NCBI GenBank assembly: GCA_007375645.1
Contig: VMER01000001.1
Coordinates: forward strand, 5,139-69,138
Source of the DNA: Parcubacteria group bacterium LiPW_15
GTDB taxonomy: Bacteria > Patescibacteriota > Minisyncoccia > UBA6257 > 2-01-FULL-56-20
Direction of reading: 5' to 3'
Length of the DNA: 64,000 nt
Shown: piece after piece, positions 27,945 to 35,820 of the stretch
Layout: every line of letters starts with the position of its first letter
How positions within the stretch are numbered: the stretch's first letter is position 1
Notes under the pieces: generated by a model
What the model was told of the DNA's origin: nothing
What the model saw: the letters and a program-made list of their open reading frames with translations, nothing else
Databases searched by the model: none
Made by a program: the position numbers and the translations under genes

Positions 27945-29756
27945 GTGCGAAATCAAGGCAGTCTCCAAAACTCTGGAACGAATCCACTTCGCTATCTTTT
28001 CCAGAAAACGTGGCATTACTCGGCTGGGAACCGGGACAAGATAGCGTGGTACTGGACCATGTTCATCATGGCCGAGACCATCTCGCTTCTGTTCCATCCG
28101 CTCGTTATGGCCAAGCTGATGAACGTAATCCAGGCACAGGGCATCACAGATGCGAATATCAAATTCCTTTTGAAACTACTAGCGCTCACGCTTGTGATCG
28201 AAGTAGTGTTCTGGTCGCTTCACGGACCAGCGCGGCTCATTGAGAGGAACAACGCGTTCAAGGCTCGTGTCAATTATCGCAAGCACCTCTTGAAAGGCGT
28301 AATGACATTGCCGATGGAATGGCATGTGGAGCATCATTCCGGCGATACGATCGACAAGGTCGAAAAGGGAACGACAGCGTTATTTCAGTTTTCGAAAGAT
28401 TCTTTCGAGGTGATCTACGCGATAGTTCAACTTGTCGTGAGCTACGCGATGCTCATTTATTTCAGCAGATCGGCCGCGTATATCGTTCTGATCATGATGT
28501 TTGTCACGGCGTGGATTACTACGCGGTTTGACAAGGTGCTGATTGGGCAGTACCGAGACCTGAACCATGCCGAGAATAGCGTCTCGGAGAGCGTTTTTGA
28601 CTCCATCTCCAACATAACTACGGTCATCATCCTCCGGGTCGAGCGGCTTGTCTTCGAGGCGATCATCCGCAAGGTTGAAAAACCCTACGAACTCTTCGGA
28701 CGCAATAACCGCATAAACGAAACAAAGTGGTTTTTGACGGAGATGTGTTGCAACGTGACGACCATTCTTGTCATGGGCGCATACCTCTTAAAGAATGTCG
28801 GGGCCCATGAAGCCATTCTGATCGGGAACCTCTACATTCTCCTCAAGTATCTCGATAAAATGGGCGACCTCTTCTTTCGATTCACGGGCATGTACAGCGA
28901 CATTCTCCAGTGGAAAGCCAAGGTTATGAATGCCGAAGAGCTGGCCAAAGATTTTCGGGCAGAGAACTTCACGAACCATGTTCTGCCGAAAGACTGGCAA
29001 ACGCTCAAGATCGGAGGGCTTAACTTCTCCTATCGCAACGGAGATGGAGCCAACCTTGATCTTAACGACATATCTCTTTCCATCGCGCGCGGAGAACGCA
29101 TCGCCTTTGTCGGCGAAAGCGGAAGTGGCAAAACAACTCTTTTGAAAATCATGAGAGATTTGTATCATCCGCAGAGTATGTCACTCTCGGTTGATGGCGC
29201 AATCATCCCGCAGGGGTTTGAGGGTATCAGCCGGGCAATCGCGCTTGTGCCGCAGGACCCGGAGATATTCGCAACTACTATCCTTGAGAACATAACGCTG
29301 GGCGCGGAATACGACGCCTCTTTCGTTAAACGATTCACGGATATGGCTTGCTTTACGGACGTCGCAGAAGGCCTGCCTCACGGATTGGATTCCTCGGTCA
29401 AGGAGAAAGGAGTTAATCTGAGCGGAGGTCAGCAGCAGCGTCTGGCGCTAGCCCGCGGGCTTCTTGCCTGCCACGACAAAGACATCGTTCTTTTGGATGA
29501 ACCGACCAGCAGTCTTGATACGGCTAATGAACTCCGGATATATCAGAACATTTTCCGTGAGTTCGGCGACAAGACCGTTGTTTCTTCGGTTCATCGCTTG
29601 CACCTTCTCCCGCTGTTCCACCGCCTATATTTTTTCAGCGGCGGACAGATCATTGCCTCGGGCAGCCTGGAAGACTTACTGCTTACCTGTCCCGAGTTTC
29701 AGGGTCTATGGCAGCAGTATCACGAGCGAAGCGGCCAAGAAGGCGCTACGCGCTAA
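27945..29756 (+). CDS. ABC transporter, fused permease/ATP-binding exporter (type I exporter)
   Basis: Six-TM N-terminal domain. Walker A GESGSGKTT, signature LSGGQQQRLALARGLL, Walker B IVLLDEPTSSLD, H-loop. GTG start. Confidence 0.8.
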   Translation: MRNQGSLQNSGTNPLRYLFQKTWHYSAGNRDKIAWYWTMFIMAETISLLFHPLVMAKLMNVIQAQGITDANIKFLLKLLALTLVIEVVFWSLHGPARLIERNNAFKARVNYRKHLLKGVMTLPMEWHVEHHSGDTIDKVEKGTTALFQFSKDSFEVIYAIVQLVVSYAMLIYFSRSAAYIVLIMMFVTAWITTRFDKVLIGQYRDLNHAENSVSESVFDSISNITTVIILRVERLVFEAIIRKVEKPYELFGRNNRINETKWFLTEMCCNVTTILVMGAYLLKNVGAHEAILIGNLYILLKYLDKMGDLFFRFTGMYSDILQWKAKVMNAEELAKDFRAENFTNHVLPKDWQTLKIGGLNFSYRNGDGANLDLNDISLSIARGERIAFVGESGSGKTTLLKIMRDLYHPQSMSLSVDGAIIPQGFEGISRAIALVPQDPEIFATTILENITLGAEYDASFVKRFTDMACFTDVAEGLPHGLDSSVKEKGVNLSGGQQQRLALARGLLACHDKDIVLLDEPTSSLDTANELRIYQNIFREFGDKTVVSSVHRLHLLPLFHRLYFFSGGQIIASGSLEDLLLTCPEFQGLWQQYHERSGQEGATR

Positions 29757-29798
29757 AGTTCATGACCGCCAATATGCGAAAGCTGAGGCGGTTTTTTA

Positions 29799-31097
29799 TT
29801 ACTTCGGTATCGTGAGACTCCAGACTTTTCCGTCCAGGACGTAGTAGAGAATGTTTCCTTCTGTATCGTAGGCGGCGTTTGTGGAATTTGCGAGATGTTG
29901 GATATTTTCCGGATCAACCGCGGAGAAATCCAGGAGTCCTACTCCACTTCCGAGATTCAAGAGGAGGTGCCTCTCATCTCGATACCAAGAGACGGAATTT
30001 ATATATGGATAAGCGCTGAGATTCAAGCGGACATAATCGCCGTCTTTTGAATATATTTCCAGAGTTTTTTCCCCGAGAATCGCGGTCCAGGCGCCGCTTG
30101 GAGAAAAACTGAATTGTCGTACGTTTTCGCTCTTTTTCTCCAAAGTGCCGCTTAAAAGATCATAAAAATATAACTCCGCGTTATCTTGTAAGAGCCCCAG
30201 GATATTCCTCGAAGACAGTTGCATTTTGTATGTTTTTCCGGGAAGCGAGACATCAATCTGGGAAACTCGGCCCAAGAGTCTTTCGTAGGTGAAGATCGTG
30301 GAAGTCGCGTATTTTGCGTCATAGACGGCCCAAGCAATGAGCCCGCTTGCGGGGGACACCGCTTCTACGATCTGACTCTTTGTGGAGGTAAATATTTTTG
30401 TGGGGACTTTTCCCGCTTCAAGAAGAGAGACCTGCGCAGTGGAATAGGAGATCAATTGATTTGAACCGGTATCCAATATATAAGATTTGGCAGATGCGAG
30501 TTTCTGCGCGGAGGGTTTTATCCCGGCGGATAATTTAATTAGATAAAAATTTCCCTTGGAATCCGAAGTTAAAAGTTCATTATTGTCTGCAGATTGGTCA
30601 ACGACATTGGTTCCCGGGATCAGAGTTTCGCCCGCATATATTTTTCCTCCGATCTTTAAAACCACCGATCCGTCCTGGAAAGTATAAATATTTTGCGCAT
30701 CTTTTTCAGAAAAAATATCCCGTTTTTCAGGCAGAAGTATTGGATTGAGCTCCGTGACGAGCGATGGTTCTACGGAAACGGTTCTTCTCCAGTTTTCATA
30801 ACCTTCCAATTCCAGCTCCACTTTGTAGGTTTTTGGGAAAAGGCTTTGGACCAGCACTCCGGAGCTTAAAATGCCGCGCGACTCCTCCCGCTTTTCGCCG
30901 TCCAGAAAGATATCGGCGTCCTTTGGATGGCTCTGTATATAAATCGCCCCAACCTTTTTAACGCGCATAGTCGCGAAGTCAAATCTATAGCCCTGTGCAT
31001 AAAGAATAGTTCCCGTTCCAAGCACCAAAAATACCCCCAAAAGGGCATATAAAAGGGCCTTTCTAAAGCTTTTACTCACAGGCCTATTATATTCCAC
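29799..31097 (-). CDS. PEGA domain protein with C-terminal beta-propeller-like region
   Basis: N-terminal TM. PEGA-like block IQSHPKDADIFLDGEKRE...YKVELELEGYENWRRTVSV. Remainder is beta-strand-rich. Confidence 0.55.
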   Translation of the reverse strand: MEYNRPVSKSFRKALLYALLGVFLVLGTGTILYAQGYRFDFATMRVKKVGAIYIQSHPKDADIFLDGEKREESRGILSSGVLVQSLFPKTYKVELELEGYENWRRTVSVEPSLVTELNPILLPEKRDIFSEKDAQNIYTFQDGSVVLKIGGKIYAGETLIPGTNVVDQSADNNELLTSDSKGNFYLIKLSAGIKPSAQKLASAKSYILDTGSNQLISYSTAQVSLLEAGKVPTKIFTSTKSQIVEAVSPASGLIAWAVYDAKYATSTIFTYERLLGRVSQIDVSLPGKTYKMQLSSRNILGLLQDNAELYFYDLLSGTLEKKSENVRQFSFSPSGAWTAILGEKTLEIYSKDGDYVRLNLSAYPYINSVSWYRDERHLLLNLGSGVGLLDFSAVDPENIQHLANSTNAAYDTEGNILYYVLDGKVWSLTIPK

Positions 31098-31169
31098 AGA
31101 TGTGCTTTTGATAAGGGTGGGACCGATGTATAATGTAGTTAGTCCTGTTCTGATTTCGGATCAAATAAT

Positions 31170-31310
31170 TTTTCACGGGAGAGCGGATTGGCTTTGCCCC
31201 TTGGGGCAAAACCTAGCTCACCCACCTGGGAATCTTTCCCGGTAAATCAGGCAGGACGCGAAATTGGAAACCCGCCCTAAGCGCATAAGCGCCGGGCGGG
31301 TTTTGTTTTC
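31170..31310 (+). ncRNA. Candidate cis-regulatory RNA (riboswitch-like) with intrinsic terminator
   Basis: Ordered blocks GGGAGAG...CCUUGGGGCAAAACC...UCAGGCAGGACGCGAAA resemble glycine-riboswitch aptamer blocks (GGAGAG / GAAGGGGCAA / CUCAGGCAAAAGGAC). GGGCAAAACC and GGACGCGAAA also resemble the c-di-GMP-I (GEMM) signature. Terminator cccgccc...gggcggg+UUUUGUUUU lies at 31268..31310, about 60 nt before the downstream start. Confidence 0.35.
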
Positions 31311-31369
31311 TGGTGTAAATGCGTTATAAAAAAGTTAGCTGTCCTATTGATATCGAGAGGAGAAGCACC

Positions 31370-32620
31370 ATGAGACTTGTTCGCATTCTTCCGCTTTTGC
31401 TTGGGACGACGCTTCTGGCCGAATCGCCCAAGCCGCAAGGATCTTTAACCACCTGGGAAAAAATTGCGAAGGCTAAGGAAGTTCTCCGAATCGAAGAACC
31501 GAAGCCGATCTATGCCTCGCGTAAGGGCAAGGCTACGCTTGTCGGCAAGGAATCGCTTCGAGCGCTGGAGCGGCCTGACGGAACTTTTCATGTGGTTCGA
31601 ATCAGGCTTCTCTTCGTAAGGAGGGGAAAAAACATCGATACCGCCGTTCAATCCGTTTATCCCGAATTCTGCGCGGCGGAGCGGATAAACGGCGGAGGAG
31701 TAAATGCCAGTTATCGCGTTCTCTGCGATGGCGTGGAAGAAACGGTTTTCGCCGGGAAGGATCTGAACAGTAGGGGCAAGGAGATAACCGGTCCGGATGG
31801 AAAGCCGGAATGCTATGTTCCGTATTCCGACGCGCTGGCAACTCCGGAAGTTGTCGAAGCGGGAAGAGCGTATCTCAAAAAGCAGATATCGCTCGCCGCG
31901 AATGAGCTTCGCGCTCAAAGGGTTCACTCTCGCGGGATTCCCGGGAAACTTGTAGCTGACGTTTTCCAGGAAAAGATGCTCTACGATCTCGCGGTCATTG
32001 AACACGTCGACCACAAGGAATTCTACGATGAATCCACGGGGAAACTTCCCGAGAATTACACACAGGAAAAAGTTCTGGCCCAACTCAGCTTGAACGGACC
32101 GGAGGCATTCTTCTATTCCAAGAGCAAGATTCGCGGAACTACTGCTGGGGCGCTTTGCCTCATGCAGATAATGCCTTCAACCTATAACGACCGGAAAGAA
32201 AAAAGAACCGGGAAGATTCGAAAGGGCATAAGGAGCAGCTATCCCGAGGCGAGGCTTCCGTTGTCTGCCCAGGAAGGTTCCTGCGGGAGCCATGCTTCCG
32301 CTATCAAAACCGCCTACCTAGTGTTGGACTCCAAGCTTTCTGCTATGCAACCGGAATTCAAGCGACTCTTCGCAGAAGATCCTGAGACCTATGGCGTGTA
32401 TCTAGCTGTTGCCTATAACGGCGGGGAGGTCCGCGCGAGAAATCTATTCGCGAAAACGAGAAATCCAGCTTTCAAGCTCAAGGAGATTCTCAATGATCTA
32501 TTCCGCACGTTGGGGCTCAAAAAAGAACGCCAAAAGCTTTCAGTGCTAAGGCAGGAGACTTGGATCTACATCAAGAAATACTTCGAACTTTCAAACATCC
32601 CCGATGCGAACGGGGAGTGA
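31370..32620 (+). CDS. Secreted lytic transglycosylase (SLT domain)
   Basis: Signal peptide MRLVRILPLLLGTTLLA after a strong SD (gagaggagaag). SLT motifs GALCLMQIMPSTY and AYNGG. Confidence 0.65.
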   Translation: MRLVRILPLLLGTTLLAESPKPQGSLTTWEKIAKAKEVLRIEEPKPIYASRKGKATLVGKESLRALERPDGTFHVVRIRLLFVRRGKNIDTAVQSVYPEFCAAERINGGGVNASYRVLCDGVEETVFAGKDLNSRGKEITGPDGKPECYVPYSDALATPEVVEAGRAYLKKQISLAANELRAQRVHSRGIPGKLVADVFQEKMLYDLAVIEHVDHKEFYDESTGKLPENYTQEKVLAQLSLNGPEAFFYSKSKIRGTTAGALCLMQIMPSTYNDRKEKRTGKIRKGIRSSYPEARLPLSAQEGSCGSHASAIKTAYLVLDSKLSAMQPEFKRLFAEDPETYGVYLAVAYNGGEVRARNLFAKTRNPAFKLKEILNDLFRTLGLKKERQKLSVLRQETWIYIKKYFELSNIPDANGE

Positions 32621-32626
32621 CTCCGA

Positions 32627-32652
32627 CCCCGCTTCACGGCGGGGTTTTTCAT
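32627..32652 (+). terminator. Intrinsic terminator after the SLT gene
   Basis: ccccgc-ttcac-ggcgggg followed by tttttc. Confidence 0.75.
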
Positions 32653-32839
32653 GTTTAAGAGATTGCAGGGCTACCGGGAGGGTTTCACCGATTTATTTTC
32701 CGGCGGAAGAATTTCTTTTTGGAGAAGTCCTCGGAGGCGCTTCCGGCTTGGTATTCGAAGAATCGGAAGTGCCGAGAGACAGCGAACAGCCGCCGCCGGA
32801 GCGGTTGTATCGCGATTCTCAAAAAAGGAATTCTGAAGC

Positions 32840-32857
32840 TAGTCGGGCTGCCGGGAA
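32840..32857. repeat. Direct repeat of the tRNA-Pro 3' end (att-like)
   Basis: tagtcgggctgccgggaa is identical to 33020..33037, the 3' acceptor/T-stem of the minus-strand tRNA-Pro. Lies 165 bp downstream of the tRNA 3' end. Confidence 0.7.
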
Positions 32858-33022
32858 AATTTCACTACTCGGCTTTTAGCCTGTGTTTTCCGAACCCACG
32901 GTTCTGAATAATCTCCTCCACGGAGGGGACGATATTGCGTCCCCTCCGACCCACCCCTCCGTTCAATTCCCGGCACAAAAAATAAAATAGCCTGCCGATA
33001 AAAGGCAAGCTATTTTATTTAG

Positions 33023-33093
33023 TCGGGCTGCCGGGAATTGAACCCGGTCTACATGCACCCCATGCATGCGTACTACCGGTATACTACAGCCCG
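33023..33093 (-). tRNA. tRNA-Pro (anticodon GGG)
   Basis: Manual cloverleaf on the minus strand: acceptor CGGGCTG/CAGCCCG, D-arm GTAT-ACCGGTA-GTAC, anticodon stem CATGC/GCATG with loop ATGGGGT, T-arm CCGGG-TTCAATT-CCCGG. Confidence 0.8.
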
Positions 33094-33176
33094 CTGAACA
33101 TTGATTTTGAACTAACGACGACCGAATCACCCTACCACGGTTCATATAATCCTGTCCTCCAAAGCAGAACGACGGA

Positions 33177-33266
33177 GGATATACTACAGCCCGAAGTGAA
33201 GAGTAAAATGATTGCTCGCGATCATTTTAGCTAAACGATAGGGATGAAAGCTATACTTACAGCCCG
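33177..33266. repeat. Two upstream partial copies of the tRNA-Pro 5' end within a degenerate tandem repeat of about 95 nt
   Basis: tatactacagcccg at 33180..33193 and tatact-tacagcccg at 33252..33266 copy the first 14 nt of the tRNA (minus-strand CGGGCTGTAGTATA). The following 80 nt are also similar to each other (gaagagtaaaatgatt vs gaggagcgaaatgatt, cattttagctaaacgatagg vs cattttctccgaacaaatcttagctaggacg). Confidence 0.65.
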
Positions 33267-33323
33267 TAACGAGGAGCGAAATGATTATATCCTACATCGC
33301 CATTTTCTCCGAACAAATCTTAG

Positions 33324-34349
33324 CTAGGACGATCTTATGACATGTTTTTTGGGCGGCGGCGGTTCCTTTATGCCTTTCGCCACAAAAATAGGTTCTTCTT
33401 CGTCCGCATAATTTGTGAAGAGGGCGTCTACTTGAATTTTAATCTCATTGTATATTTCGTCTTTTCTTACGGCGGCAAATATGGCGTCTTGCAGCGCCTT
33501 ATCTTTTGGCATTTTGTCTCGTATCACCTCCTCAATTCCCTGAAGGTCGCTTTTTATCGGCTGAATAATACTGCTTCCTCCGGTCTGCTCCGCCAGTTTC
33601 AAATATGCCCGCAATTGCAGAAGAATCTCGTAGAGAATTACAAATTGCATTATATGTTGCTCGAGCTTTTGTGAGGCAGCATCTATCTCTGCTGGGGCAT
33701 TATATTCATCAATATTTTCCAGGTCGTACGTCACACCGGCAAGTGCCGAATTTTTTTTACGGTCCGCACCGATGGCCACCAGGGGAACGTTATTTAATTC
33801 ACCGTTGTATCTATCTGTTTTGAAGTACTTAACGCCGGGGAGTTTCTTTTTAAGGATCAAATCGCGTTGTCGACGCATTTTACCTGGAATCTCGGAGGCG
33901 CTTACGGTAGTATCTATCCCGACTGCCAATTGTTGCGCTCCATTCAGTTCGGCGACGATGTCCACGCCGCCAAAATAATCGTCTATCTTGGAAGCGGGTC
34001 TAATCGTAGAATTTTTACCCAGCCACTTTCCATTTTGCAGAGCATAGATCGTCGCCATTTCGGAAATTTTGGCCCGGTCTCTTGAAAAAACCGCTTCTGG
34101 GTCGACTGCCAAATTATGTTCTCTTTCCCGCTCACGCTTGATTTCCTCTCCTTTTATCCTTGATCTATCTGCCATCGCGTTTTCGCTGGGATTCCCAGAG
34201 GAGGATTCCATCGGGATCCTTTGGCTTTCTATTTTCGCTTCCAATATTCTAGATAGCCTTTTTTCCTTGTCGGACAATTCGCCACGTTCGCCCAAAAAAC
34301 CACCCTTTTTTTCATTGGATGGAAGAAACTCTTGCGGTCTTTCTCTCAT
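33324..34349 (-). CDS. Hypothetical protein adjacent to the tRNA-Pro hotspot
   Basis: 341 aa. Charged, low-complexity N-terminus (EEIKREREREH). No recognised domain. Confidence 0.45.
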   Translation of the reverse strand: MRERPQEFLPSNEKKGGFLGERGELSDKEKRLSRILEAKIESQRIPMESSSGNPSENAMADRSRIKGEEIKREREREHNLAVDPEAVFSRDRAKISEMATIYALQNGKWLGKNSTIRPASKIDDYFGGVDIVAELNGAQQLAVGIDTTVSASEIPGKMRRQRDLILKKKLPGVKYFKTDRYNGELNNVPLVAIGADRKKNSALAGVTYDLENIDEYNAPAEIDAASQKLEQHIMQFVILYEILLQLRAYLKLAEQTGGSSIIQPIKSDLQGIEEVIRDKMPKDKALQDAIFAAVRKDEIYNEIKIQVDALFTNYADEEEPIFVAKGIKEPPPPKKHVIRSS

Positions 34350-34355
34350 ATCTTT

Positions 34356-34541
34356 TTATCTAGGCTTCTTTACGAGAGTCTTTATGCAACGGGTGCAAAG
34401 CCTGGCTTTTTTACCGTCCAATTTAGACCATTGTAAGTTCGGGTAGCGGCGGGATTTAGTCGTCGGATTGTAGTGACCGCGCATAAGAACGCGCTTACCG
34501 GCGATTATTGATCCTTTTCCGCATTTTGCACAGCTGAACAT
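34356..34541 (-). CDS. rpmB: 50S ribosomal protein L28
   Basis: MFSCAKCGKGSIIAGKRVLMRGHYNPTTKSRRYPNLQ...CTRCIK matches L28 including the Cys pairs. Confidence 0.8.
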   Translation of the reverse strand: MFSCAKCGKGSIIAGKRVLMRGHYNPTTKSRRYPNLQWSKLDGKKARLCTRCIKTLVKKPR

Positions 34542-34622
34542 GGTGGGGATTTGGCTGTTGGTTTAAGTCTCCATATTCTAACGTATACGCATAAAAAAGC
34601 AACTTTTAGGGCGTTTTGGGCG

Positions 34623-35093
34623 CTACCTGGAGCTCACCTTTAGTTTCTTGGCTTGGCCCCTCGTGCGTTTTGGCATGCGGACCGTCAAAATGCCATTCTC
34701 GAACTCGGCTTTTGAGGCATCCGCGTCTACTTCTTCCGGCAAGATTATGGAGCGCGAAAAACGGCCCCAGTAGCACTCCTGAAGATCGTAGTCTTTGTCA
34801 TGTATCTCGCGATTCTTTCTTCTCTCTCCTTTGATCGTTATGGAGTCCGGGGTTATATCAATATCGATATCTTCCGGGTTCACTCCGGCGATCGCCGATT
34901 CCACCACGACTTCGGTGGGGGTGCGATAAACGTCCAGAGTAAGCACTCCCTCTCCAAGTTCCTGGGGTTCCGCTTCTTTCCGAACTTTTCGTTCTGCCAC
35001 GCTACCGCTCGCTTTGGCAAGTTCTATCTCGTAAAGATTTTCCGACTGACCGTCGTAGCTCGGCACTCCCTCAAAATATTTTTCTTCCGGCAT
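34623..35093 (-). CDS. Hsp20/alpha-crystallin family small heat shock protein
   Basis: Alpha-crystallin domain. FSRSIILPEEVDADASKAEFENGILTVRMPKR is the typical C-terminal block. Confidence 0.85.
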   Translation of the reverse strand: MPEEKYFEGVPSYDGQSENLYEIELAKASGSVAERKVRKEAEPQELGEGVLTLDVYRTPTEVVVESAIAGVNPEDIDIDITPDSITIKGERRKNREIHDKDYDLQECYWGRFSRSIILPEEVDADASKAEFENGILTVRMPKRTRGQAKKLKVSSR

Positions 35094-35094
35094 A

Positions 35095-35781
35095 TCAGAT
35101 CTTTTTGTTTTTGAATTTTTCGAAGTCGGCCAGGACGAAGAAGCCGACTATCATTAAGAATATTATTGGCTGGAAATAGCTTTCAAAGCTCAGTATAAGG
35201 TAGTTGAAAAACGCGTGCAACACGGTGGCGACGACGATTCCGGTCAAAAGAATTCGGACCCTTCCAAATTCACGGATAGACCAGGCCCAATGGTAGCCAA
35301 TGACCGCTCCGGTTAGGGCGTGAAGCAGGGTGGCGCCAACAAAGCGGAAAGAGATCATTTCAAAAATATTGGCATTCGCGGCCGCAATCCCGCCCTGCAG
35401 AAAGGGGGATGTCAGCGCGCCGATATTTTCGAGAGTCGCGAATCCCAGGGCAGCTACGAGAGAATAGATCATCGCGTCTATCGGTTCGTCAAAGGCAGGA
35501 CTTTTCCGAACCGCAGATCTGGCAGATAAAAATTTTGTAACCTCCTCTATGAGAGAAAGTCCCGCGAGCGAAAGCAGGGGAAACAGTATTCCCGGTCCGC
35601 CGGAAGGTACGTATTGATTAAAGGCCAGTTCCAATCCTAGCGCGATTATCGCGCCGAGCATTCCATAGCAGAAAGTTTTAAAGATTAATCGTTTCGGTTC
35701 CGGATGCGGATCTTCCTGCATATAAAAGTAAAGCCAGGCGAAGCCCGGAATGAAGCCCAAAATTATTGCCAGCCAACCCAT
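35095..35781 (-). CDS. PrsW-family intramembrane protease-like membrane protein
   Basis: Multi-TM with IEEVTKF (EExxK), HALTGAVIGY and LHAFFNYLIL (HxxxN) motifs characteristic of PrsW/YqgP-like proteases. Confidence 0.55.
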   Translation of the reverse strand: MGWLAIILGFIPGFAWLYFYMQEDPHPEPKRLIFKTFCYGMLGAIIALGLELAFNQYVPSGGPGILFPLLSLAGLSLIEEVTKFLSARSAVRKSPAFDEPIDAMIYSLVAALGFATLENIGALTSPFLQGGIAAANANIFEMISFRFVGATLLHALTGAVIGYHWAWSIREFGRVRILLTGIVVATVLHAFFNYLILSFESYFQPIIFLMIVGFFVLADFEKFKNKKI

Positions 35782-35820
35782 GGAGCAATTATATCCAAGC
35801 GGGAGCGGGGACTCAAATCG

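Noticed and set aside
31445-32083. 212-aa minus-strand ORF
   Set aside because: Antisense inside the SLT gene, which has a signal peptide, an SD and SLT motifs in the plus frame.
32604-32907. Three small overlapping ORFs (60-91 aa) after the SLT gene
   Set aside because: Overlap each other in different frames within a region of terminator and tRNA-fragment repeats. No SD or motifs. Likely non-coding.
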